A stretch of DNA of 63,681 nt, filler included, from Rhabdomonas costata (GCA_019059605.1; 25 parts of 25 records of this genome joined end to end with filler, not necessarily neighbours in it), one strand, 5' to 3'; shown: positions 22,861-34,789, counted from the whole stretch's first letter. Numbers and translations are program-made. Notes: generated from the letters alone by a model not told the origin.

Positions 22861-24478
22861 CATTATTAACCCACCACACCNNNNNNNNNNNNNNNNNNNN
22901 NNNNNNNNNNNNNNNNNNNNNNNNTTAATTAATTAANNNNNNNNNNNNNNNNNNNNNNNNNNNNNNNNNNNNNNNNNNNNTTTTGGGGGGAAGTGACTCA
23001 TTCCGCACGGCCGAAGAGGACCAAGAGTCCTGCCGGCAGTGCGGAATGAGTCACTTCCTCCCAAAGCCTGTTACCTTGGCGTCGTTGCGCTCCATGCTGG
23101 TGGAGGCCTCTTTATTGTGATGCGTGCATTGATGGAGGAGTTTGTGTTGGTTGTCTTGCCTTGATTGGCTTTTGGTCCTTGCATCTCTGTTTTCCAGTTC
23201 GCTCTCGTATAGCTGCGGCTCTCTTGTTGGAATCGTTCTCTTTGTGAGTTGTGCGCGTTTATGCCCCACCAGGGTGAGACGAATTTCTTGGCTTTTCCCG
23301 CTTGGTCACCCGAGGGCTTGCTTCAAACGTCACGGAGGATATCTTTTGTTACCTGCTCCATTCGTGCGCGCACGCGTGAAAACACTACTTTCAGTGGTTA
23401 CATTGAAGTAAGGGCATAGTCCAGTCATGACGACTCGTCCAGTCTCTCAATGGACTTGCCTGCTTCTGAGTTTCTGGACACCAACAAACAAGTATACGCC
23501 ATTAAAGTGCCCCGCTTTCACTAAAATAAAAAGCTTGCTGCTCAAAGTGGATTGAAAAAGGGCGGATTGGACCACAGTTGCCTACCACTTTCTGTTCTGC
23601 TTCTTGATTACCCACTTGCAACAAACCTTGTCGGTGCCTTATGTTACGTGTACCGTGACGTCATACTTTTGTTCTTGAAGTGCTTTTTCGAAAGCAGCTT
23701 CCTTTGTGAAGCTGCTCTGCCGGAACATCGCAGTCCCAAGCTCACTTGTTGAGCGGGGGAACACGCATTAGAGTGGAAGACAACCAGAGTTCTGTGCTTT
23801 GCTTCTGTATGAAATCTTCTTTCTATTGCGGTGGTTGTTCACTTGACGCTGCATTGGGTGATGATTGCGTACCGCACCTTGCATGAAGCAAAGTGCGTGC
23901 ATGTTGGTGTTTTCATTTTTCTCTCTCGGTGCTAATTTGCCCGCAATATTCTGAAATTTTTAACAGCAAACATCATGCCTGTGATCTGACACACGAAATA
24001 CTGGGTCCAAATTGAATTTAGAGTTCCTCTTAGAGTTCGTCTTCTGATCTGTGTTGAACTTAAGGAGACTTATATGAAAGACCGGCTGTCGATTTCATCT
24101 CCTGCCACGATTTGTGCAGACAGACGCGACAGTGTGGGGAAACCTGAGACAAAGCGGGTTGTGAGGTCTTTGTAGGAAAGATGGCACGCTCCGGATGTGT
24201 GAAAATCTGGAGTGCCATTTAAAGTTTGCCACAATCCGAAACAGAATTCCGTGCACTTTGTGTCCGCCAGTGGGCTCCCCCACCTGGCTGTACGCCTTCA
24301 CCGGCTTATCCCGAGACATGCACTATTAATGATCGCCTTTCAATGTCCTTTCGACCGGGTTTCGTGTGCTTTCAGCTTTGATCGCCGACCCATCAGCGAT
24401 TACCTTTTCAACTTATTTCGTTCCCCACCGGGTTCGCTTTTTGTTTCACGCGCGCGTCTGCCGTGCTTCATTTGTGTC

Positions 24479-25098
24479 ATGCAAGGTGGCCCTCCCGTGG
24501 AAGCGGGCGCCATGTCTACCTGTGGTGAGAGTGAGATGGAAGTGGTGCCTCCCGCCACATCCATTCAAGCCCACTCTCTGACAGTCCCGATGTTCCCCGT
24601 GTCTGAACCAGTTGCTTCAGCCGTTGTGGCCCTTTCCCCCGTCGTGGCACAGTGCCACCCTCCCGATGACGTGGCAGTCATTCTCCCGGACGATCTTCCC
24701 AATTCCGCACTGACCTGCAGCGCGGAGCAACCCTGCAGTGTTCCTGCTGACGAGCACCCCTGCGAAGATAACAACGACCATTTGCTGCCCATCTTCGAAA
24801 CCCTCAGCGGTCCTTCAGGACTTGCCGACTCTGTGGTTGATCAGCTGCGAGGGGAGCTAAGGGCCGCACTACCCATGACCCATAGCAGCAGTAGCAGCAA
24901 GGCCGCGTTGCAGCGCCGGGAGTGGGGGCTGCGGGTGAGCACGGAGCTGCCCTCGGTAGACTTGGAGGATCAGGTGCAGAGCAGCCCCGTGTTCCGCACT
25001 CGGCAGCCCGGGTTGAGCTTTCTGGGGGCTCATCGCTCGCTGAGTGAGGCGCTGCCTCCGAACCGTAGGACTCATCCCCTCGTGAACATGATCAACCG
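24479..25098 (+). CDS. Probable first coding exon of a hypothetical protein (low-complexity Pro/Ser/Glu-rich N-terminus)
   Basis: ATG at 24479 after a pyrimidine-rich stretch, ~206 open GC-rich codons and a candidate GT donor at 25099. No family recognised. Confidence 0.45.
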
Positions 25099-25906
25099 GT
25101 GTGCCAGAGAAGCTCCTATTCTCAGCAAGGGCTTCTTTTCACAAACCCTATGGAGCTTGCGATAGTTTCCTTTTGTGAGACAGCGACTATGCCGTAGGAT
25201 GAGATGCTGCTTAACAGAAATTTAGTACCATACTGTCAAAATAGATGCGATTTTGAAGCTTTTGAAGAGATTTGAGGTCTCGCCTCATTGGGAAACCGTG
25301 TTGCAAATTGAAATTCCTGCGCAGAACCCCCGTTTAATCTCCTGAATGGCCGACGGCTGGAAATCTTCACTCGGAACTGATGGGCAGCTCTTTTCGTCAG
25401 CAATGTTCACTGTCTGGATGGAACAACAAAACNNNNNNNNNNNNNNNNNNNNNNNNNNNNNNNNNNNNNNNNNNNNTTAATTAATTAANNNNNNNNNNNN
25501 NNNNNNNNNNNNNNNNNNNNNNNNNNNNNNNNGGAAATTCCCTTCTTGCTTGGAAACCTCGATTTTCGGGGCTGAAGGCGAAGCGCCTCGGGTCTTCATT
25601 TTCGATGCACAAAATGAGACAAAAATGCTGCGAGGCCGTCCTTGCACCCAAAATCGTCCATCTTTGCACTTTTCGCTTTGCATCTTCTTTTGCTGTCTTG
25701 GTTGATTTTCCCACACGCACAAACACAAACCTTGAGCGTAACAAGCACCTTCCCACGGTCGGCTTTAAATTTGCGAGCGTTCTTTGAAGTGCATTTAGGA
25801 AGTTGCTTCTTCTTCTTCTTCTTCTTTTCACCCAGTTGCAATCAGGCAAGCGATGGAAGTGTGAAACCTGGGGCTTTGCCGTGCATCCGTTTTTGTGTTT
25901 TCGCAG

Positions 25907-27587
25907 TGGTGGTTTACCGCACTCTGCAAGCCGGGGACTGGGTGCTGTTCAACCGCCAGCCCTCTCTTCATAGGGCCAGGCATGCCCTTGTTGCGTGTGG
26001 GCTTCAACCGGACTACAACTATTTTCCTTGTCTTCTGTTTTCTTCTGGGTTTTTCCATGACCAAGCAAAAGGCGTTTGCAAGACCAAGGGTACGGAAACA
26101 CCGGAGAGCGGTTGATTCCCGTGTTCTTTTGTGGATGGCCTTGACTGAACATGAGCGCCCGCCCCCACATTCCACGCTGCAAGGCCCTTGTAGTGGGGCT
26201 CAATTTTGGCACTGCTTATTATTATTATTATCCGAACATCCCAGTTTGGTGAAGCAGGGGGGTTAAGAAAAGTGGTGTGTGCTTAGTTGTTTTCCTCGTT
26301 GTGATTCGGCTTAGAGTTGCTTCTCTTTCCGACCTCGATTTTCCGGTAGACAGTTGTCGTTCTTGTGGGTATTCGGATGTACGCATGAATTTTCGGCTCC
26401 ACACTTCCTCAGTATCACAGCGATGCGGGCGCGGGTGCTGGGCAACTCCCGCACCTTGCGCTTCCACTACACCAACAACAAGGGCTTCAACGCGGACTAC
26501 GACGGCGACGAGATGAACGTCCACGTCCCTCAGGTAGGGCCCTTCGGTGCTGTCCCGAAACCAGCCTATCCCTCTCGCACCTTCTGCAGTCTTGACTTGC
26601 CCTGCTGTCGCTGGACTCGCTTGGGCCTTTTTTCTAACTGGCGCCTGCCTGCCTGTGCTGGGGTGTTGAGGTGCTCCCTCCTTTCTTCCAGGCGTTGACC
26701 CCTTTTTATGTCCATACTCTTGGTTTTCATTCCACTGTCCGGGAGCTGTCGCCACCTGAAAATTCTCGTTATCCGAAGTTGTGGTTCTCGGGAATCAGTA
26801 GTGATACGAATACAAGCTCCCCACACGTCCCAGCGCATGCTGCTGATGTCTGTGCTGAACGTGCTGAGTGTGCTGAGTGTTGTAGTGTTGGGAGTGAGAC
26901 GAATGAGCGGGAGGGCGGATGTGGGTTTGCAGTCCCCAGAGGCAATCTCGGAGGCGGCGCTGCTGATGAACGCCGACCAGCAGTTCACCACTCCCACCGC
27001 CGGCAAGCCCATCCGTGGACTTATCCAGGTCCGCACTCCAATAGCACAAAACACTCTTTAGACCCATTTTCCACCTCGAGATTGGAGGAGTGGGACTTCA
27101 GCTTTCTAAAAATTGTGTCATTGTTTTTCTTCTTTGACTTAGGGACAGTTTTGTCTGTTTGTTTTTGGGCCAGATTAAGCGCGTGTGACTGTGCGCACCA
27201 CCATGGGTTCCCATGAGCTTCTTGCACTAGGCCGCTTTCCCGTAACCTCTTCTTACTTCCTTCAGTTCGGTGAAAATATCGTACCAAGAGAGTGACGACA
27301 GGTGTCTAGGAGGACTAGCGAGGCCTATTGGCTCGAACCAGAGCGTATGGTTGTGTGGGTGCCAACTATATCTCATGCACCAGGACCACATCTCCATGGG
27401 GGTGCTGCTGACCAAGCGGGACACCCTGCTGGAGCTCCCACAATTTACCGCACTGCTGTACCATGCCGTGCACCCCTACCTCGACGGCCAGCTCCGTCAG
27501 TCCTCTGCCCTCCCTGGACAGACCGCGCTGGAGATTCCCTTACCTGCGGTGCTCCGGCCCACCCCTCGATGGACGGGGAAGCAGCTG
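25907..27587 (+). CDS. RPA1: DNA-directed RNA polymerase I largest subunit, active-site region (exons 25907-25979, 26413-26533, 26933-27028, 27384-27587)
   Basis: Spliced product [110 protein letters not shown]...[15 protein letters not shown]. The RxHYxN and RGLIQDHI features are Pol I-specific. The first intron is GC-AG, the others GT-AG. Confidence 0.93.
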
Positions 27588-28436
27588 GTTCGCCGATGCC
27601 AACTATCTCTCCTCCTCGCCGGATGGGTTCTGGTCACAATCTCCGTTTAGCGTTTTCTGGCAACGAAGTGGAATGACTTTTTGCAAAGTGAGAGAAAATG
27701 GTTCTTCAGGGTTTGCTTTCAGACCCAGTTTCTCTGGACAGATCGCAAGCCACACTACACCGGGCAGGCATTTCTGTCCTTGTCGCCGAGTTCGTATGTC
27801 CGACTTCATTTCTCATTTCGTCTCGTTTTGTTCATGAGTTCTGTTGACCAGGTCAGTGTTGCGGACAAAGAATAAGGAAGACACATGTAGTTATGGAATG
27901 TATAGAATCTGATGCTCTCATGTGTTGTTTGGTGATTTCTGCGTCGCACACACTGACCTGGTCAACAGAACTCAACAACAAAANNNNNNNNNNNNNNNNN
28001 NNNNNNNNNNNNNNNNNNNNNNNNNNNTTAATTAATTAANNNNNNNNNNNNNNNNNNNNNNNNNNNNNNNNNNNNNNNNNNNNTTTGTTGTTTTTTTGAA
28101 ATTTGTTTTCGATTTTCCTCAGGTCAGAACGCGGTTGCCTTAAATGAGTTAACTCGAAAAAGGCAGCTCTTGAAGCCATATGAAGTCAAGTCACTTTGCG
28201 CTTAAGCCGGACCTGTTGCCCCCCCCCCCATCTCCACCTCCCTCTCTGTATACCTGGAAGTTGAGAGGGAAAAGACGACCCACAAAATCGCGACTCTCAG
28301 GGGAAGAACAGGCCGGGGCATTCACTTCACAGTGTGCAGGCTCACTGCTGAATATGGGAAGGAAGGGTAGACGTTGAGTGGGCGCTTTCGGCGCTTTCAC
28401 TTGCTGACATAGTGGTCGTTGTGTATGCTGCTTCAG

Positions 28437-30535
28437 GGTACTTCACCGCTGCGAATGCCACGCTGGTTACCGCGGACCTGCCAGTGCGCTACGGCAGCCC
28501 GGTGACCTACTCCTTCGCGTTTTCAGTGAGTGGCAATAGTGTGGGGCAGGAGACGATGACCATTCCCCTTGCTGGGCTGAGGCCAGGCACTACCGTTTAC
28601 TGGCACCCCACTGAAAGCAACCTTACCGCTGTAATCACCAACTGCACCCTTCCCCAGGGCTGCGCGTGCGTCGCCGGAGCGAGCGACGTCACCTGCTCCT
28701 TGAGCCCGTACACGTTCACCACCGGTGGGAGTTTGTTCCTGTTCTTCTGGCCCTACCGTGACCCTGTGGGGCAGTGGGAGGGTAACGTCACCTTCGGAGC
28801 CTTCTCCATGGTTGGAATCACTTCCACCCTGCCCAGCTTCCCGCTGTGGGGCACGCTCTCCATCCTGGCCACACCCCAGACCTACCCTGCGGTCAACCTG
28901 CCCTACAGCATGATCGCCATAATGGTCAGAGTGGGCGCAGACCTGGACTCTGCTGGTGGGGAGAACATCACGATTCCTTCCGCCCTGATTACGCAGAACG
29001 CGACTGCCCCAGAGAGCTCCGTTCAGTTCACCCTAGGATACAACTGCAGTGCCGGGCCGATCCCCAGCTCGGGGATGAGCTCGTGCGGGCTTCCCGTAAA
29101 TGGTTCGTACAGCTGTCCCCTCGGAAGGGGCGCCATCCCTGCGCCCTATCCCCAGGTCTTCTCCATGGTGAGCACGGCACACAACCTTGTGTGTCTGTTC
29201 TTCCATCCTGTCTCCACCGTGGTGTGCCCGCACACCGTTGCGCTGAACGTGAGTGGGACGTCCTACTTTTCCGTGAACTCCACTGCCAACCTGAACCTCA
29301 CCGCGACATTGACCCCAGTGAGTCTGGAATCCATTGTTCCCATCCGCAGCCATGTCCCGGCGTGGCAGACCGTGAATCTCACCTTCGGACTGACGGTTAG
29401 CGGGACCTCACCTTTTGGAGAGAGCGCCACCATCAGCGGGCAGAACATCTCCCAACTGGGCATGAGCGTCGGGGGAAGCGCTTCTCAGCAGTGCGCCATC
29501 CTGAGTTCTGCAATTTGGTCCTGCCCACTGGCATCAGACGTGCACTGGACGTACCCCAACACCACTGCGGTGCTAAGCTTGCTGCCCAGCTTGACCTATA
29601 TTGGGCCCTGGTCGGGCTCGGCTGTGTTCCTCGCGGGCTGCACTCTCCCCGGGGATCCTGACTTCAACTTTACGGTGTTTGCTCAGATGACGATGGCGGT
29701 GCAGACTTACCCCGTGTATCCCGTACCCCAGTCTGTGGTGACCACTCAGGTCAACCTCACTCTGACTGCTGCACCCGTGCGTGACGTCTTTCTGATCGTG
29801 TACAATGCCCACTTTTTTTCTGACAACTCGACGAACTTCACGGCGATCCCGGGATCGATGTCGTGGTCTCTGGGCGCAAATGCATCCGGCGATCCCTTGA
29901 CGCGTTGCTGGGAAGTTTCGCAAAGCGCTGTGGGCTACGCTCAGATTTGCAACATCACCGTTAATCCCAGTGGAAGTCGGTTCCTCTTCCCCAACCAACT
30001 CACTTCGATATACATACGGTTTCTACCCAACACTCTGGTCACCATGGGGCAATGGAACTTTAACGTCACGTACAACAGCACGTATTTCGATACGACTTCC
30101 CTGGCAACGTTTCTCATCCCCATGGCCAACACCACCTTCTCGTACATCAGCAGCTTGGAATACATCTCCCGGACTGTGGCCACGAGCCACCTCAGCTTGA
30201 CCGCGACGCATGACTCCCGTTTGGGTGGGGAGACGCTGTATATCAGCGCTGATCGAGTTGATATGACTGGAACCTTCGGGTTCACCCCACTGTGGAACCT
30301 GGACACTGACAATATTGGCACTGCCCAGCCATGTAGCCTGATTTCGAGTTTGGACCTCTGGAGTTGTGCCCTGGGCACTCCTCTTTTTAACGATACCAAC
30401 AACCGTCATGTGGACGTCTTTCTGTACTGGATTCCAGTCACCACCACTGTGGGTCCTCTTAGTCTGCCTCTGAACACTCCCCTGTTCTACTTCAACGCTA
30501 CGCTCTTTCTTAACCAAACTTTGACACCACCAACC
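28437..30535 (+). CDS. Large exon (>=699 codons) of a probable secreted/surface glycoprotein with ~5 tandem 125-150-aa beta-rich units
   Basis: cttcAG acceptor ending 28436 and an open frame to the contig end. Thr/Ser/Val/Pro-rich, almost no Lys, many N-x-S/T sequons. Recurring motifs G.E..TI, C...(W/Y)SC.L and L...P....G.W. Confidence 0.8.
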
Positions 30536-30869
30536 NNNNNNNNNNNNNNNNNNNNNNNNNNNNNNNNNNNNNNNNNNNNTTAATTAATTAANNNNNNNNN
30601 NNNNNNNNNNNNNNNNNNNNNNNNNNNNNNNNNNNTGTGGTGGGGGGTGCGGATTGGACTCTACGCCTCATCAACTCATCAAGGGGGTGCCGAGGGGTGA
30701 GGGCGGAAGAACCCAAGCACGTTCTGGGGCGGTTCGGCACTAAAAAGGCTCCAACCAAGAATCCAAGGCGTTGGTTGCGCTGGAATCTTGGGAATGTTTT
30801 CTTTGGGGAGGTTTCTTTCAACTCTGAAGAATGGTAACACACAACACGCATGGGCAAACCTTGCCCCAC

Positions 30870-31824
30870 ACTGGCCGGCGGAAGAGTACAGAGCTGCTGA
30901 TTGGCTTCCGTTAGGCAAAGGTTCAGCCCAAGAGCCTTGAGCTCAGGCTGTCCGACCCACAGAAGCTTGGGCGGCGAACCCTTTTGAGAGGAGCGCAAGG
31001 AGCCGATGGAAACAAGGACAGGCATCCGACACTAAGAACACACGAGAGCACAATACGGATTGATGTCGGAGTCACGTGCTTTCCTTACCTGCTGCTCTCT
31101 TTCTTTTGTCACCTCCATTCTTTCATTTCGTCCTCCTCTTCTCCCTTGTTGCATTCATGCCGCAGTTTTTGAGTTGGACCATGGACTTCCAAGATTTTGA
31201 GGAGGCTAACCCCCCCAAAATGTCGGTGTTCACACATTGATGCGAATGCAGCGTATAACTGCGACCACAAAAACGAACAGAAAAATACACCCATTTGGGT
31301 GTTAGCAAAAAACAAGTCCAGTCATAAAAATACAAACGGCATGTCACTCGGGATGGGATGGTGGATTTACCAGAAAAGCCGTGAGAGATGCTGGCGCATG
31401 TCCTGAAAAGAATGCACACTCATCCCACAATACGAGATCGCCTTTTTGACTCTGACCGCACCGCAACCCCCATGGGCGTGCAGGGGTGGGGGTGGAATCC
31501 TGCCTTCGCAGAGCCTTCTGAAGAGGTGACCAGCACACTTCCCGCGGCAAAGACCAAGAACATGGCCCCGGGGTGGGCCAAGGACTCGCGAACCTGCTCG
31601 TCCCGGATCGCGGTCACGGGGAGCTCAGGGATGGCTGCCGCGGCCTCGGGTCCCAGCACACCATAGTTCCCCTCTCCCCACGAAGCCGGGCCGCGGAAGG
31701 GCGCAGACGATGCCACCCCACTGGTGGTGGTGGCCATCCCAAAGGGGTTCAGGAAAGGCGGGCTCGAGGGGCGAGAGAGAGTTTTGGGGATAGTGCCTTG
31801 CAGCCCTACCAGCAGCCTTCGCAT
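30870..31824 (-). CDS. Hypothetical protein 5' part, weakly resembling a NudC/NUDT12-13 N-terminal region (exons 31824-31504, 30980-~30870)
   Basis: Transit-peptide-like MRRLLVGLQGTIPKTLSRP, then IRDEQVRESLAHPGAMFLVFAAGSVLV and KLLWVGQPELKALG. The join needs a GC donor at 31503 or a more distal GT. The family call is tentative. Confidence 0.35.
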
Positions 31825-34713
31825 GCACACAGCGCCTCCGGAGTCTTTGAGAGCTTCCAGCGATCGAGGTTAGCCGAGCAATGACCCTGCAGTGTGGGGA
31901 GGCGGGGTCGCCTCCATAGGCGCCTTGAAGGGCTCCACAAGAAAAACCGGGAAACAAAAAAAGGCAGAACTGCACATTGGAGGAAGGGAGGAGTGCAGAC
32001 CCCCTTCAGTGGCTTCACCAAAGTGTTCCGATGGGCTGCAAAAACGGCTGCGTTAGGATTCAAGGATCGCGTGTAAGCAGGTACTCCAAAAAAAAACCGA
32101 GGCAAAAAAACAACACTTCCTCTCTGATGGTGATGATGGCAACGTAGTCCCTCCTTGAACTTAAAAGCAACGTTTACAAGTGTTGGGAGAAGGGGGGGGG
32201 GTGCAGCTCCCTGTGGCTCCGTGTGCAAAGAGGAGTATGAGGAGGCGTTTGCTCCTATCGTTTTTCACTTGTCCTTCTTTGAATCGGTGGGTTAAAGGTG
32301 CAGGTGAGTTCAGCACAGCAGCACTCAAAGATACAGACTGTTCTGGTTCTGAGGTTAAATAACCTCAACAAGTTTTCTTGGAAGGGAAGGGTCGAAACAA
32401 GGGATTCTGAAGGGATCTTGGTTCTGCCAAATCGAAAAACCGAAAGGCCAGGAGTCCTCTACCTCAACCTCTGGACATGTTTGATAATGGTTAACGGGCA
32501 CAAACCAGCTCCCTCTGGCAGATTCAAAATGAGAGTGAATCTGGACGGAGGGCTATTGCCCCCCCCCTCCACGAAAGAGAGGCTCAAGGACGGCTGAAAC
32601 AGGGCGTTCCTGGGGCAGCCGAGGATGGCTGGCTTCACATATCCGAAAAGACAGAAACTGGAACCCAATGAGCAACAGCCATTGCTGCAGAGCACAGTTG
32701 AGGTCCAACAAAGGGAGCGAATCAGAAAAATCGAAAGGGACGCAATCAGACATGCGCACAACAGTGGCGAAGCAAAGGGAGCGGCGCTACTGTTGTGGCT
32801 CTACCATAGGATACCATAAATGTCACAGCACCACAGCACGACGGCGGCGGGGGATTCTGCTTCTGCCTCATAAATGCACAAATTCCCGCCTTCCAGGAGG
32901 CGATGACAAAGCCACCCAAGCAGGAGAGAAAAAAAGGATTACGGCAGAAGAGTGATTGAAATGCCGATGTTACGGCGCCGTCAAATGGTATGCGCGACGA
33001 GGCCTCCAGCGTGGTCCCTGTCAGTCCTGCGAAAGCACCATGAGCACTCCAAACATCCCTACACGAAAATGGGCACACCACCACAANNNNNNNNNNNNNN
33101 NNNNNNNNNNNNNNNNNNNNNNNNNNNNNNTTAATTAATTAANNNNNNNNNNNNNNNNNNNNNNNNNNNNNNNNNNNNNNNNNNNNTTAAGTTCGTTGGC
33201 TGGAATTGGAATTGCCAAATATTGGCGGCGATTAAAAGCAGAAACAAGATTTGTATCAAACAATGATCCGCAACTGCACTTCAAAGAGAATATGATAGAA
33301 GCAAAAACGTAAAAAAAGCCAGAGGCATTGAACGTCGATCCAATGGACACCGGCAACAAGACAGAGTTTGCCAAACTCTAAGCGCATTTATCGAGGAGAA
33401 TTTGCCCTGTTATTGTAAACAGAGCCGCAAAAAGCTGGCAGCGCGCACTCGTATACAACGTAAGTTTGGCAGTAACCGGCCGATGCGGAGGAAGACTGGC
33501 CACGTTTGTCAATTGCGGCGATCCAAGCCTAATATAACCTTTGGTTTTCAAGCTGAGTCCTGATTCTGGATCTTCACGAAACGGATGAAAACATTGAACA
33601 CACCCATTTTGCATAGAACGCGCAACCCGGAAATGCAAAAGCGAGGCCGGCGACCAAGCGCGGTTCAGATTGCAATCCCATTACACCTTCTGATTCCGAA
33701 AGGTTTTGGCCGCTTGACCTGCAAAGCACACATCCGAGTCTTCTGAACTTTTTGGAAGTGGCTTTTCCACCCCACCAGCTGCTTTCCACGGCCTTCTGGC
33801 TCAACCTGCTCTCTGCTCAGCTCCGCCGCCTCGTTCTCCCCAACGGCGTTCTACGGCACGGCTCTCTTCGGCAACGGTATCCCGAGCCTTGTCCTTCTTG
33901 TTTTCCGCCCTTCGCTCTCCGCAGTCGGCTCGAAAATACGCGCTTCAGCTTGACCGCCGCCACTCCTGAAACAGCTCTTTCCGAGCCCTTTCTATTAGCA
34001 ACCGGCTTTCCCAAACTAGCTTTTCCAACGGCCTTTTGTCCGAACAACCACCTTCTCACACGAAAGCTGTCCGTACGAACTACCCGCTGCCAACGCGCTT
34101 CCCCTCCAAACACACCCGGCTGTTTAATAGATTTTACGTCATGGGCCTTTTTGTTAGTGATCTGCTACCTTTTCTTGAAACGGACTCCGCTGCGCCCATC
34201 ATCACCTTCTCGGAATAAAAAAAATCTCCAAAGCTGCTTCGAAGACTTTTCGGGCTCACAAGCTGTTTCTTTCAGCATCAACTACGACCTCAAAGCCGAA
34301 ACCTTTAAAAATATCGAAACCCTTGACCATTAACAAGCGGCGGTAAATCAACATATAACCCAGAACTTTTCCGCTCAGCAAGGCACGGCGGGGATGCCCC
34401 ATGGTTTGTGCATGGTCTGTTTTTCCGACCAGGGTTGTCTGCGAGCATTTAATGTTACCAGAAATCTTCGTTTTCGAGGTTTCGAGGTGTTTCTTTTTCA
34501 AATTCGTCCGTTTGTTTGTGAGAATGTTCGAATCTCCAGTGCGAACCCTTTTCGCCCATTTCAGGTCGCGCCTTCCTATTCCACCTTCGGTCTGCGTGGG
34601 ACACTTTCACAGTATACGAAGACAAATGAAAAACTGCAGCCGGAAATTTCCAATTTTGGTTTCGTGATTACAAATATAAATGGCATTACTTTAGAATTGT
34701 ACCCACGGCCAGG

Positions 34714-34789
34714 AACCCAACCCTAACCCTAACCGTATCCCTAACCCTAACGCTAACCCTATCCTAACCCTAACCCTAACCCTACCCCC
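34714..34789 (+). repeat. Interstitial degenerate telomeric repeat (CCCTAA)n, about 12 units
   Basis: aacccaaccctaaccctaaccgtatccctaaccctaacgctaaccctatcctaaccctaaccctaaccctacccc, flanked by unique sequence on both sides. Confidence 0.9.

Larger units (their letters stand above)
20429..22880. mobile_element. Giant-virus-like (Nucleocytoviricota, Mimiviridae/Imitervirales-like) contig; free virus or endogenous viral element undetermined
   Basis: Extremely AT-rich (roughly 20% GC by eye) against ~50% in the other contigs. Intronless, tightly packed Asn/Lys/Ile-rich ORFs, no Shine-Dalgarno-like pattern noticed, gene types common in Mimiviridae, and perfect palindromes just after stop codons. Confidence 0.8.

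Noticed and set aside
20429-22880. Mimivirus early promoter AAAATTGA; alternatively a mitochondrial or plastid origin for the AT-rich contig
   Set aside because: I found no exact AAAATTGA upstream of the ORFs. The gene content (SF2 helicase, zinc fingers) is not organellar.
17877-25432. Apparent integration of the AT-rich viral segment between host genes
   Set aside because: Both boundaries are artificial spacers. There is no virus-host junction in the sequence, so endogenisation cannot be claimed.
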